A stretch of 63,106 nt of DNA, the filler included, from Bonamia ostreae (lineage: Eukaryota): the NCBI GenBank assembly GCA_040357525.1. It is 27 parts of 27 records of this genome, joined end to end, with 100 filler letters (N's around TTAATTAATTAA, not from the genome) between each part and the next. Parts side by side here need not be neighbours in the genome. Positions count along the whole stretch, not along the records: positions 23,552 to 25,796 come from JBDODL010000946.1; positions 25,897 to 28,138 come from JBDODL010000947.1; positions 28,239 to 30,480 come from JBDODL010000948.1; positions 30,581 to 32,817 come from JBDODL010000949.1; positions 32,918 to 35,154 come from JBDODL010000950.1; positions 35,255 to 37,490 come from JBDODL010000951.1; positions 37,591 to 39,826 come from JBDODL010000952.1; 20 more parts are not named here. The stretch is one strand, 5' to 3'. Below are positions 24,639 to 38,076 of this stretch, piece by piece; the stretch's first letter is position 1, and each line of letters begins with the position of its first letter. Under the pieces are notes generated by a model, which was not told where the DNA came from, did not search any database, and saw only the letters and a program-made list of their open reading frames with translations. A program made the position numbers and the translations under genes.

Positions 24639-25629
24639 TTAAAATTTAATCGCTTTGACGCCATTTTGATAAACGCAAAACTCTATTTTGGACAGTTTTG
24701 TGTCCGAAGCAAAACCGATTTCCATTTCGCGATATAAAACAACTTTTATATCGCTTTTTTTCTTGAAAAAAATTCTTCGATCTACACAATGAGACCAAGT
24801 CAATCCCATCGACGGCTTCACTCTTCGATTCGATGTGAGAAAACTTCCTTGCAAACTTTCTTGAAATTGCAGATCACCTGGAAAAATATCTACCACCTTT
24901 CAGCCATTTTTAAAATTTAGTCAAAAATTTAACCGAAAAAATCGCACTAAAATAAGCTTAAAAATAGCGGGTTCTGACCTGATTTGTGACAAGAAATGGT
25001 ACTTTTCGTTCAAACGACAAAGTTTTAAGTTTTTCGGACATTCTTAATAACATAAAAGAACGTTCGCTTTTTTTAGCGATATTGCTAAAAATGGCAGTTA
25101 CAGAGTCAATGACGACTAAGACGATTTTTTTGGTCTGTGCCAAAAAGGGAATCGTCGTATTGACGCTTTGCAATAATTTGTTTGAATCACTGAAAGCTAT
25201 TATTTCAATGCGACTCAGGATTTTCTCGGTTTCGTCAGCCATCTTATCGAGAGCTTATAATAAATATATGGAATTTGTAAAAGGAACATGATATATTTGT
25301 CGTGTCGGATTTTAGAATGGCTTCAATGAGATTTTTTAATCTGAAAACGGGGAATTTGCCTTCGCTGTGAAGATAAATCACTTTTTCGTCCGAGTTATTA
25401 TTGAGAATAGCCTATTTGAATATAATTGTTGTCAAAAAATTGAAACTGAAATGGCGCATTGGAGACAAAACTGAGTTTTTCCTGTTCCCGCTTCGCCAGT
25501 TATTTCAGTCAATCCCTTTAAAATTTGAAAATTAACCAATTTGAGTCCGCCGCCTAAAAACTGGTTGATTTTGTCACAACCAGTTGACAACGGCGTAAAT
25601 TTTAACTGATCCAACGTTACCAACGGCAT
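24639..25629 (-). CDS. XRCC3: RAD51 paralogue, XRCC3-like
   Basis: LSTGCDKINQFLGGG..GLTEITGEAGTGKTQFCLQ; LVVIDSV; FLVTNQV; PSMGLTWSHCV. Introns 25516-25536, 25412-25446, 25254-25287 and 24897-24978. Confidence 0.85.
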
Positions 25630-26479
25630 TAACTTTTTATATCTGTCCTTTTTAATATTCCAAAAATTTACAACTTTTTTGAGCTTTAACTTTTTAATAA
25701 TAATACCTATAAATCTAAAGCTCAGATATAATAGCTTTTTAATAATTGGAAATTTAGCAAAAATGGGTCGCAACACTAAGAAAAAAACCAGAAAAANNNN
25801 NNNNNNNNNNNNNNNNNNNNNNNNNNNNNNNNNNNNNNNNTTAATTAATTAANNNNNNNNNNNNNNNNNNNNNNNNNNNNNNNNNNNNNNNNNNNNCGTC
25901 CTCCCCTCGGGACACTCTTGCCCTGTCCCTCTCTACCACATCCGCCCAACGTCTCTTCTAGAGCCAAAAGAATTTTGATTTACTCATCGGGATCTCGTAT
26001 TTGATTTCTCCCGACTTTTAACATTCTCAAGTCGTCGTATTTGTGCATCGTTGTATCAACGATATTTTGCAAAAATAGCAGTTTTTATCCATCCTTTTAC
26101 TTATTTTCGCCAAAAAGTACTTTGTTGGTAGAAAATCGCTTTGTTTGTCGTCACTTCTCTTTTTCGATTAAAGTTGATCATCTTTTTTGCTTTATTCGAT
26201 TTTGATCTTTTTTCGATGAATTTTTTAACAAAAGTGAATGTTCATTTGTTCTTATTTTCGTTTCCCACATTTTCTCTCCTATGAAATGGATTCTCTTTGC
26301 AATTTTCTTTGCATCGATTTTTTCAATATCGTCGATACCAATATTTTGTTTTTCTAGCGATGATTTGAAATTTTTTATTATCGATTTTTATTTTTTCTTT
26401 CTTTTTCTAACACCCTTTTGTCTATTTCAACAAAACTTCAATTTTTTTCTAACAACAAATTACCAAATAATCTTTTTTG

Positions 26480-28138
26480 TATTTTTTAATAAATTTAACT
26501 CAATTTTAAAAACTTTTTGGCCATACTTTAAAAGTAAGACAGTTCTTCTGCTCTCCAAGGATTCAATTTTTAAAAATTTTCTAACGTCTAACATTTTTTT
26601 GGTAACTACACCCATTGTTCACATTTGTTAAATGCCTAAAAAGTCCAAAAGATTTTTTGGCACTTTGGTAATTCTTCTTTATTTGGGCGTCGAATTTCAA
26701 TTTTTGCCTGCTTTGGTAATTTGAATTTATTTGACAATTTTCAGTCCAAAAGCATTACTTCATTTGCTTCACCTCCGTGTTTGATCATAAAAGGTTCAAT
26801 TTCGTCTAAACCGTGTGATTTGTTCAAATTTATATCATTAATTTCGGTTTTTATTTCCTCCATTTTAATTTTATCGAACATTAGATTTTTGTTCTTTAAA
26901 ATTGTTTTTTGATATTTGTTGTCCTTAAAGTGCTCTAGATTTGTTTTATCAGTATTGTTGGAGATTTTTGTGAAAATATTTCCAACTTTTTCAATGAAAT
27001 TCTTTGTATCAATATAATTGTTGTTATTGTCAATTATTATTTGTTTAAATTTTTTCTTTTTCGACGATTTAATAATTCTATGGAGGTTATTAACGTCGTG
27101 ATTATTGTTTACTTTCATCCAAAATTTCTTTTTTCTTTTATCATCAATTTCCTGACGATTTTACGAAGGTTGGTCAATCTTTCGCCAAATTGTTCTTTAA
27201 ATAGACCTTTCCGCGCAACCTTTTTCCGAAGACTGTTGCGCTCTTTAATAGCATTTGATATTTCTTCGGTCCACCAAGGTGTACCATTATATTTCTTTTG
27301 GTGTGTAATTTTCTTTCTTTTACACGAGATTTTTGTACAAAGTAGTACGTTCTTTTTGAAATCAGCCCAATTTATTTGACAAATGGATTTTGTGTCATTT
27401 ATAAGGCAATTTTTTCTAAGAAGTTTTCCATAGAGTTTTATATTTATGTTTTTCTTGTCCCATTTTATAATAGGTTTGTCCAATTTTGTTATTTTCCATG
27501 TTTCTTTGCTAATTGTTGTTGATATTAGCTTGTGATCTGTCTCCATTATTGGATTTTTAACATTAATTTTTGAATTGTCAATAGATTTCTCTACAATAAA
27601 TAGATCCACTTTTCTCTTTTTGTTTTTTGTATTTATCAAAGTTGTTTTGTTTGGAATTATTAATTTTAATTTTTTTCTCTTGACAAAGTTTTTCATATAA
27701 TCTCTTAGTTTTTGATTGTGTTTTCTTTTATCTTTGGCAAAGTTTATATTAAAATCTCCGCCGATTATGTCAATGTTAATTTTTTGATTAGTTATTTCTT
27801 CTAACTCGTCTATTTCCTTTGTTGATACATCGGGGGGAAAGTAGACATTTAGAATATTAGTCCAATTTTTGTTAGTCTTTATTTGTACACAAATTGCTTC
27901 CAATTTTGATTAAATTTCTCCAAAATTGTATTGACGGCATTCGAATGATTCTTTTACAATCGTAATAACACCGCCACCAATTTTCGTTGTTCTATCTGAT
28001 CTGAATGCAATATATCCATTAATTTTAATATTTTGCTCTTTTTTCAGCCAAGTCTCTTCGACCAGCATTATGTCTATATTTTCTTTTTGCAATTGTTTGC
28101 TTAATTCATCATGTTTGTTTTTTATTGATCTCACATTT
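26480..28138 (-). mobile_element. Non-LTR retrotransposon ORF2 relic (AP endonuclease + start of RT), frameshifted
   Basis: NVRSI..K; ETWL; RSDR...GGGV; GGDFN; TDH; PWWTEEI; KSHGLDEI. Split across three ORFs; no YADD core visible. Confidence 0.88.
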
Positions 28139-28689
28139 NNNNNNNNNNNNNNNNNNNNNNNNNNNNNNNNNNNNNNNNNNNNTTAATTAATTAANNNNNN
28201 NNNNNNNNNNNNNNNNNNNNNNNNNNNNNNNNNNNNNNTTTTTTTGGTTCCTTTACAGACCAAATTGAAAAATAATAAAAATATTAACTAAAATTTGCGA
28301 AAGAAAAACATTTTGCTGCGTAATCAGCTACGAGACAAATTGATTAGATCAGACAACTTACCAATAATTGTGAATTTGAACATGAAGTTAAGTTACTGCT
28401 ACATTGCAAAGTATAAAAACAGTTTGAACGATTTGTATGAAAATTGCATAAATAGAAAGGAGGTCTTCTAAAATAAAGACGGAAGCGTTGTCTCGAGAAC
28501 GAAGAAATTACAATTTTCGTTAAGATAAAATTACAAAAATAATCGTTTTACAAAAATTACAAATTAACCAAACAGAAAATAATAGTTTTGTCAAAAACAT
28601 GCATTTTTACAAAAAAACAAAATCAGCCCTTTCAAAAACTTTCTTCTACAAGCATATTATATCAATTCGAGTTAGAAATCGTAAGCTAA

Positions 28690-30480
28690 ATGAGCTCCGA
28701 ACTAAGATTTAAGTCTAGAAACAGTTGTTTAATGGCCAACTCCAGAATAACTGGGTTGAAAATATTTTCCGCTTTTAAGAACAAAGAAGAGATTACCTTT
28801 GTAATTTACGCCCACGGCCCTTTAATCACAGTGGCGTCACATAGCGACTCTTCTTTCCAAAACACGTTCCAAACCGCCGAGGACGGGAGTTCTGTCCATG
28901 GCGTTATAACTTTGGACGGAGACGATAAAAAATCACATTTCTTCCTCATTTTCGCAGCTGACCAAGCTGCCGTAGTGCAAATTGAGCTCGATTTTGCCGA
29001 AAAAACAGTTTCGTTGAAGCGGAAATGTGACTTTAAAACAGACCGCCATTGGATTCTCTCCGCAAAAAAATTATCGCCGTCGTGTGGCGAACCCGAAAGC
29101 ACAATTTTTCGTAAGTCCAAAAAGTTGCTCGTCGCAATTTCAACCACTTTGAACACGCAATTGTGGCAAATCCGAACCGAAACCATTTGGACTGCCACAT
29201 TAATCGGCTCGAAAACGCCAAACATAAACAGCCTCGCAAAATCTTCCGCTTTGTTCGGAAAATGCATTCGCTGTCTCCGTGTCGCGTGTGGCACTTCCTT
29301 CGACCATTTTTACTGTTACAAGTACTCTTCAAACGGCGAAAACGCCTTCGACACACATTTTCTGGCCCTCTCCGAAAAAGCGAACGCGATCAGCGTTCGC
29401 CAAAAAGGAGCCATTTTCGACATCGATTGGTCTCCAAACGGAAAAATGCTGTGCACTGTTTCCGACGATCGCTGCGTCAGAATCTGGAATTTGGACGAAA
29501 ACGGAGAGAGCCCGGAAATTAAAGAGCTCTCTCTCGGTTTCGGTCACAAAGTTGTAAAATTTAAAGCTCAGTCGCGAGTACTAAAATGCAAATGGATAGA
29601 CGACGCGCGACTGGTTTCAGCCGGAGAAGACGGCTTTTGCTGTCTCTGGAAACTGACTTTTGCTGGTTGTGGCCCACTTCTCAGAAAAACCTTGTCGCTT
29701 CGATGCCATCCTTCTCAGATCTGGAGCGTCGACTACAAGAAAGGAGTGCTTGCTACCGGAGGCGAAGACAGCGCCGTGAAAACTTGGCGTCTCCTCGAAT
29801 TCGAAAAGAATTTTAGTGGCGCAAACGAGAAAATAAAATTTGAGCTGCGAAAGAGCGATTACGTCAAAAGGATTCTTTGCTTGAAAAACGGAACTGTCGT
29901 CGTCGGTTCCAACAACGGCTTTCTCTTCGCAAAGACGGAGACGGAAACAATTTTGCTGAAGAATTTTGAAAGCGCCGTAACAGATTTATTCGAAGAAACA
30001 AATGCCATTTTCGTTGCGCTCAAAAATGGTCAAATTTTTGTTTTCCAATTGGCTGAAAATGGAACGGATAAAAAGTTTCTGCGAATAAGAACGTCTTTTG
30101 GGATAAAAGGAATTGGTTTCATTTTTGTGAAGAAAATTGGTTTTGCTTTTCGAATTTTAAGAAAAAGAAACGGTGATTTTGGCTGTTCCTCCGAAATCTC
30201 AAAAATTAGAAATGATATTGGTTGAAAACGAGAACTTTTGTCTAAAGCAACGAGCTAAGTTTTGTGCAGATGTTTTCAAGAAAGTTAAGTTTAGTTGTTG
30301 CAATCTTTCAGTTTTGAAAAAGTTTTATCGCTTTTACAAGATTTATAATAATTCCAATATTTAGAGAAAACGAAACAAAAATTTTGTTAATTGGCGATTC
30401 GGACGGATCGGTAACAGTTGTTCATTGCGCGAAGAATTTTAATGAAAACGATTCTTTACAAAAATCGCAATACATAGAAC
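28690..30480 (+). CDS. WDR6: WD40 protein WDR6/Trm734, 3' partial
   Basis: GAIFDIDW..LCTVSDDRCVRIW; FGHK|SRV after removing the 21-nt intron 29551-29571; LVSAGEDG; LATGGEDSAVKTW. Confidence 0.85.
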
Positions 30481-31799
30481 NNNNNNNNNNNNNNNNNNNN
30501 NNNNNNNNNNNNNNNNNNNNNNNNTTAATTAATTAANNNNNNNNNNNNNNNNNNNNNNNNNNNNNNNNNNNNNNNNNNNNTTAACAACGATGTCAATACC
30601 CATTTTCATTTGAATATGTAATGATCCCCACATACGTTGCAATAGCATAATTTGTAAAAAGAGGACAGTAAAGCAATATGACGTTGTTTATAATCCTAAT
30701 CTTCATCACAATGGTGACACATTTTAGCATAAGTGTGGATTCAAGTTTGTTATCTTTCCTCGGCTTTATTGTTGTTGTAAGGATGCATCGAGCTCTATTT
30801 ACAAACCTAGAATTTATCAAGCTGACCAGTTTATGACAGGTTTACAGTTAAAGATGCGTACAGTAATAAACTTCTATGCCATACATGAAGTAAGTAAAAT
30901 GGTTGTGTGTGTGTATACTTGAAGAACTCGGCCTAAGTCAATGAACGCTGGGGCTATCAGTCGGTCACCATGTTTTGCATTACCGGATATGTCAAGAATT
31001 GAAACTGCTTTTAACTAGACGCCTGCGATAACTATTTTTAAACGCGGAAAAAGGCAGAGTTTTGCCATTTCTGTTGCACAAAATAATCTCAGTTCCATTC
31101 AAGAACCTGGTTTTCCCAGATATGATTAATATGCTATCTTTCTACAAATCCATATGCAGGTTTAGTTAATCCAGTACAAGTCTGGAATAAAAGGGGGTAC
31201 TTAACATTAATTAACTTTTAATCTCATGTCACCCAGGTGTTACTTTGTGAGGTAAAAAGGGACTTTCGTTAGGGTTATGGAATATTTTTTGAAGCTAAAA
31301 CTTTTGTCGACGAATAAATGTATGTGGATTGGACTTTCCTTTTACATGTCCCAATCTTAGGAGCTACCCACTAATGCGGACCTTCGAGCGGTCCATGGCG
31401 CTAGTTAAGATTTATGTTTATCGATTATGGCGTGAAACATTTTTTTCAGTTAGACCAATGTTTTTCAATGTTCACACGTGTTTAATTGATGTGTTTGTGA
31501 GTTGATCTTTTACTGGTTGACCGATCTGTTTGTGTTCATATCTTATAATGCAAGTTATGTATATATTTAAAGGTATATTGTACATGTATTATTAAAGCTG
31601 GTAGAGCAAAACACATTTTGTTTCGGTTCCAGTGAAAATCAGAACATTTATTTTTAAACACGAAACCGAAACAGGCACGTTTTGAAATACCTGTACTTAC
31701 CTAATGATTTTCTTTTAAACATGTTTACGATTGACAAAGGGTTTGTCAAGTTTCCAGTGTTACATGCATTCCTGCCCTGGTATGTTCATGAGTCCGAGT

Positions 31800-31872
31800 C
31801 AGCCCATCTCTTAATTTTGTATTCTTCAGAGGAGTTTTGAGATTGGTTACAGTGAGGTATTTTACCTTTTCA
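31800..31872 (-). repeat. Host interspersed repeat fragment shared with 58828-58990
   Basis: The reverse complement (gaaaaggtaaaatacctcactgtaaccaatc...) aligns by eye with gaaagtgaaaataactaacagtgacctaat at about 58831. Confidence 0.45.
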
Positions 31873-32983
31873 TGTGCATGACCGTAAATAATAAGGAGAT
31901 TCAAGGGTAAAGAATTTTCAAACCAAAAATCATCGACTTTGATAGTATTTTATGGTTAACAATTATGATAAGAATTTCACATTTATTTAGAAATACAGTA
32001 CTTTTACTGTATTCCAAAAGAATATAAGACTCCCACAAACAGAGACACATTCCTGAATCCCGTACATATCCTATTGAATCCCTCTCTTTGCTCCTGCAAA
32101 AAAATCAATTGCTGTAGAGAGGAAAATCCCTATGTATTATGTTACAACATATATCAGAATGTGGATTTTCAAAAAATTCTTCAAAATTTTTGGTAAATTT
32201 GAAATCCCAAAACTTTTTAAATATCAACAAAATTAAAACGTATGGATTTTACATTTTGTAGGAACATTCCTCACGATGAATCAAAGCATGTCGTCCGTTC
32301 CTTAAACTCAAATTTACTTACAAATGAATAGATCCCGTGAACATAAGCAACATTCGCATTGATAAAAAAGTCAGTCTTGTATTCTATCACATTTCAAGTT
32401 CAGGTCATCAACTAGTATTTCCTACCAGTACATTTTTACTATAAAATCAAAAGTTATTAGTTATAAACAAACTTTGAATTTATAAATCATCGCATCTAAA
32501 AGCATCCTGTATGTATTTGTTCTTCTTATTTTCTTTACACTATTGTCAAGCTAGACATCACTGATAATATCGATATGATTGAAACTGACGACCTTTCAAT
32601 TGACGACCGAACTTCATTTCATTGACGAACTCTGTTGACGATTATGCTAATCGATGATTAAAAAGGAAAAAATTTGCAAATGATACCTTGTCCTAATGTA
32701 AGATACCTTGTCAAAATCATAATGGATACAAAGTATGCGAGGAATATCTGTTTGTTTGATTGTTTACCTTCTGTCGAGAATTGCGATGTCAACAACTGCA
32801 GTCAAAGTACGACAAATNNNNNNNNNNNNNNNNNNNNNNNNNNNNNNNNNNNNNNNNNNNNTTAATTAATTAANNNNNNNNNNNNNNNNNNNNNNNNNNN
32901 NNNNNNNNNNNNNNNNNAAATTTTTGTTAAAATTGTTTATCTAATCTGCAAAATGCAAAACTTGTTTAAAACAGGCGGCATTT

Positions 32984-35154
32984 TTGACGATGAGAAAGAG
33001 CGTTAACAGAGAAAACGTCACAGAAAACCAAAAAAGAATTTTTGCGTTTTTCCAAAGCGACAAAATGGCAAATTTCTTAAAATTTGTTATCGCCAAATTT
33101 GTGCCGCTTAGCCATTTTGAAATTGAGGTTTTCGCGAAAATCCAAAATTTCCAATTTTTCAAACAACAAAAGGAATGGAACGAAAACTCTGAAGAGTTTG
33201 CGATAAACTACTTCTTAACGCCGTACGTCAACGTCCACTCTCTGGCCCTAAAAATGATGGCCGACTACGCAAACATCTTTCCTTTTCACATCGCAAAATT
33301 TCTCATGTCAATTCTCACAAAAGCTTTAAATAGCCAAAAAAGTGGTTTAAGTTCAAAAATGGCGAAAGAAAAATCATCTGAAATTTTCGCTGTGGTCACT
33401 GTTTTTGCGGTCTGTTTCACGTTTACACGAACAGAACTATCCAAAATCAATTTTGATTTGGTTGACTTTCTCGAAATTTTGCTGAAAATGGCGGAGAATC
33501 GCGAAGAAAATGAACCGCTTCTAAAATTGGCGTTTTGTCGTTCTTTCGATGTTTTGCTGAACAGCACTTTGTTCAGAAACGAATCGCAATTCGCACAAGA
33601 CAAAATGAATGTTTTGGACCGCGTGCTGAAAATGCACATTGAAATGCTAAATTTTAATGTTGCTAATTTTTTTTTTAATTTTTTGCTTATTGCTAAAAAT
33701 GCAAATTTTAAAGACCAATTTAATTTGAAAATTCGGTACTAAAAAGCTAAATTTTAAATAAAAGAATTTGACGATCAAATTGTTATGTGACAGCAATTTA
33801 AGAAAAATGGCGTCGTTAAACTGTTTTAGGAAAAAAATTGAACCGGTTTTTTGTTTTAAAAATTAAAACTAAATTTTAACAAAGACGATGATAAGCGGAC
33901 TTTTCGCGTGGTACGCGAAAATATTAAATGAGTTGGACGAAACGAGTTCGAAATTGCACGTTCTGCAATCGATCAACGAAATGATCTCTCTTTTCAAAGA
34001 GCAGATCAAAGTTTGTTACGCGAGACTTCTAAACGATTTGGCCGTCGTCTTCGATTCAAAATTGCAAGAAGAATCGATGCTGAAACTCGAATTTTTAGAC
34101 ATTTTGTGCAGTTTTTTTCAAGCTCCAAACAATTTTAAATTAGAAAAAAATTTTAACGATAAAAATTTTTAAATTTAAAATTAGCTTTGCTGGAAACATT
34201 TCCGTTCGAAGTCGAAAGATTGAACGATTTTTTAATAAAAATAATTTTGGTCTGCACAAACGACAAAGAATAGTTTATTTTTAAGATTAAAGTTCGTTGA
34301 CTGAGAGAGGTTTTGAATTGTTGAGGATTTACCTTTTCTATGCTTCATCTTGCAGCGGAGAAATCGAAGAGATCTTTAAGAAGGCGCTTAAATATTTTTT
34401 GTCTAAAAACAGAGCATTTAAAACTAATTATGACATCGTCCAATCCTTTCTTCTGTTTAAAGGAAGATCTTGTTTGTCAGTTTTTCTTAAATTTTAAGAC
34501 AAATGTGTTGAACAATTTTATTTCTTAAATTTATTGAATAAAAATGTCTTTTTCTAAATTTTTTTCTATAAAAATGTCTTTTTCTAAAATTTAAAGCAAT
34601 TTCTGGTTCCAATCGAAAAAGTAATGTGGTCCCATTTAGACACAACAAAAAGATCAGAATTGTCACCACTGTTAAACTCTGTTGCTTTGATAATACGAAT
34701 CCTAAAAAAAGAAAGCATTTGTGTTGACAAACAACTTTTGGAAAAGATTTTTGTGCGCACTTGCGCTAATCCAATTTTTTCAAGCGCCGCTGATTTTGGC
34801 GTTTCTTTTAGAGCGTTGAGCGTCTTTCAATTTTTCATCAATTTTTTAAACCGATTTGCAACATTAAAATCTGCAGAACTACAATGAAGCAATAATCTTC
34901 TTTCAAAAAATGGGCCAAAACGCTTTGAACAAATTTCTGAAAATAGTAGCTGACTCCGTTTACTTAAAATAGCAAATTAAAATAGTTCGAAAGAGTACCG
35001 GCTCTCGCAACAAAACGCTGTTTTGCCTTTGGAATGGCGTCTTGTCTTGAAACAAATGACTTGAATGTCATTTCTTCAATTCTCGCTCCAGCCATGGCTT
35101 GTTGTGTTGAAATTAAAAGGATCGAAAAATCTCGCGGGTTTAAATTTAATGAAA
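32984..35154 (+). CDS. IPO11: Importin-11-like karyopherin, internal multi-exon fragment
   Basis: EWNENSEEF; ELDETSSKLHVLQSI...EESMLKLEFLDIL; SLTERGFELL, matching IPO11 segments. Several GTT introns including a 20-nt one at 34273-34292. Confidence 0.78.
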
Positions 35155-35444
35155 NNNNNNNNNNNNNNNNNNNNNNNNNNNNNNNNNNNNNNNNNNNNTT
35201 AATTAATTAANNNNNNNNNNNNNNNNNNNNNNNNNNNNNNNNNNNNNNNNNNNNAAGTTGAAGAGAGCAAAGAACGAGAATAATAAATTTTCTTTATAAT
35301 CTTATTAAACTTAAAAAACGATATTTTGCCTAAAAAACGCGTTAAATTTCATATTTGAATGGGCGCAAAATATTTATCGAAATCCTCTTTTGTAAAAATA
35401 TTCAAAATTTTCATATTTGTGCAAATTAAAGAGAACAAAAAAAA

Positions 35445-35914
35445 TTAATCATTCCAATAATCGTCGAGTTCGTCATCGAGTTTTTTCTTCACAACGGTTT
35501 CATCGCCGCTTGGAATATTGTATTCAAACAAATTTGACCGATTTTTATTTGCTTGATTTTTGAACTGATCCAATTCTCTATCAAGCTCTTCTTTGCTAAG
35601 TTCCTTTTCCTTGTAGAATTTTCTGCTTGATGGTCGCATTATCGTTACTTTTGGCCTATCATCGCGAAATTTTGTATTATCGTTTCTGAGACGCGATCTT
35701 GATCCTTTTAATGTGAAATTTAACTCGTTCGGTGTCTGTGAGAGTTTTTTATTGAGCGAGATTTTGATTTTCGCCTGGAAGTTTCCGTTTCTCTATCTCT
35801 TCTTCTGTTTTCCGTTTCTCTATCTCTTCTTCTGTTTTCCGTTTCTCTATCTCTTCTTCTGTGTTCTGTTTCATTGATATATCGTTTGTTTTGGCGATTG
35901 CTTGCGCGCGACAT
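35445..35914 (-). CDS. Arg-rich protein with C-terminal FoP/CHTOP-type duplicated motif
   Basis: 20-nt intron 35705-35724; SKEELDRELDQF...KLDDELDDYW; coding 27-bp repeat in 3 copies (RRRDRETEN). Confidence 0.75.
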
Positions 35915-36087
35915 TACTAAATTTAAAATTTACTATATAATTTAAATCTAACCAAATTTGAGCATTATTTACTATCGTCATTTAACGCAAAATCGGATTT
36001 AAAAAAGCTTCAACCATAAAAAAAGTGAATTCAGTAAATAGTTCCCGTTAAAATTTGATTAAAAACCAAATTTGCGATAAATAAAAA

Positions 36088-36705
36088 ATGCTTTTTCTCA
36101 GTTTAAATATTTGTTCGATAATGTCAAAATTGTCGAATAATTGCGACTTGAAAATTTTTGACCCCAAAATGGTCGTAAAATTGTTCGATAAAAATTTTGA
36201 TCTAATCGAATGCTCTGGGAACTTTGTTATTTCAGTCGATGACATTGAATATATGTTTTATGGATCGAAATGCAACGGAACTGTTTACGATTTGATCAAT
36301 TTTTCTAATGTCACTTGTGTACGTTTTCTTATTTTGACCAAAAATTTAAATTCTACAAAAAATTTACTAAGCGAAAAAGGATATTTGCGAGACAAAAAAT
36401 TTGCCGAAAAGTATCCAACTTCAAAACCAACACATTTTTTCAAAATACCCGAACAACATTATCACGAAAGCGTATTGCAACTTTAAAGATATTTTCGTCG
36501 ATGTAAAATGTGTAAAGGGAAAATGGTTGTTAAAAAACAACAAGAATGTCGATACTTTTTGCAAAAACGGGAAAAATTGTTTTGAAAAATATTTTAAGTT
36601 GATTTTATTGTTTCCGTCGTTTATTCTCTATTTGCATTAACGCTATTTACTTGCTTTACTGTTCACTGTTTTTGGGTCAAAATTTTCAGAAAGAATAAAC
36701 AGTAA
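36088..36705 (+). CDS. Cys-rich type I membrane protein with two sushi/CCP-like modules (paralogue A)
   Basis: Introns 36323-36371 and 36579-36598 give a signal peptide, two 4-Cys modules, a TM (FIVSVVYSLFALTLFTCF...) and a basic tail RKNKQ*. Confidence 0.75.
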
Positions 36706-36924
36706 ATTGATTTTTGCAAATTAAATTTGCTCATATTTTTTTCAATCTAATCATTAAAATACAAAATGGTTTCAGTCTCTAGATGAAAAATTAAAATTTC
36801 AAAATGGTTTCATTATCGCAAAATGGTTTCATGGTCGGCATGGTCTAAACCACATAATTTGCGGTAAACTTTTTGCATGACGCAAAAGACTTTATAGAGA
36901 AAAATATAGTAACGACAAACCCAA

Positions 36925-37443
36925 ATGTCTTATTTTCAAACTATTTTTATTATTTCTGCGTTTTCGCAATTCAAAAGTTTCCAAATAACTTGCAATTTAA
37001 TTAAACTTCAGCGTTAAAACTAAAATATTTTTGCGTAATCACGAAAGATGTTTGTATCGACAAAGTTCCCATTGAAGTAGATTTTGTGGGAATGTATGAA
37101 GGTAGTGATATATACGAATGCGTTGGCGACTATGAGATGGTAGTAGATTCTGAAGCATACACATATTTTGCTCCAACCAATCCCGATTGTAAAGTGGTAG
37201 ATGGGGAAATTGTATATGCAGATGTTTCATGTAAAAAACACGCAAGAAGAATGTGCTACACTAATACGATTAAAGAAGGAATTTATTTCCCGAATAAAAA
37301 TTTGATTCGAAAATATCCACATGGTTTCAACACGACAGCGTACTGTTATAGAAACAACGAAACTACTTTATTTGCTTGTTTCGACGGTGTGTGGCAATTG
37401 CAGTTTGGAGAAATTGATGAATTTTGCAATCAAGAATTGCAAG
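36925..37443 (+). CDS. Cys-rich surface protein (paralogue B), 3' partial
   Basis: Signal exon, intron 36977-37047. IYECVGDYEMVVD, KYPHGFNTTAYC and CFDGVW...DEFC align with paralogue A. Confidence 0.75.
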
Positions 37444-38076
37444 GTATTTATTATTAGATCACAAAATTTTTCAGCGATTTTAGTTTTTGCNNNNNNNNNN
37501 NNNNNNNNNNNNNNNNNNNNNNNNNNNNNNNNNNTTAATTAATTAANNNNNNNNNNNNNNNNNNNNNNNNNNNNNNNNNNNNNNNNNNNNTATTTTCTGT
37601 TAACACTCTACAAGTACTATGTACCCCGAATTGATTATTACCAAGATCTAGTTAAATGATTCTTTACTGCACTCGTTTTTGTTAACAAGATGAGAATTTT
37701 TAAATTAAGTAACTGTTGGCCCTGCGCCCGTGCAACTGGGCCTTCTATGACACTTCTCTCGCGAGAAGCTCTGATTGAGAAGCCAGTGGTCATACAACTC
37801 TCAAAACAACTTAAATTAATTTCCCGCAGTTAGTGTCCTGAGAGGTAAAATAGGGGGGGGGGATTCTCCCTGGTACATAAAACAGAAAAAATAACAAAAT
37901 TGCTTTACGTTTTTAACATTACACTGCACGATTCCCCAAAACTAAAACCACGAAAGAAATAATTTTATATTTAAAAAGTTTAGACATTATAAATAACCTA
38001 ACCCGCGGACCACTGCGCAATACTAAAACAGTGCGAACAGAACAGATACTACACAATTGATCTTGGCAGCTATAAA

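Noticed and set aside
31693-31703. TACTTACCT as a U1 snRNA 5' end
   Set aside because: It is better read as the reverse complement of a host-type AG|GTAAGTA donor; no U1 stem-loops or Sm site follow.
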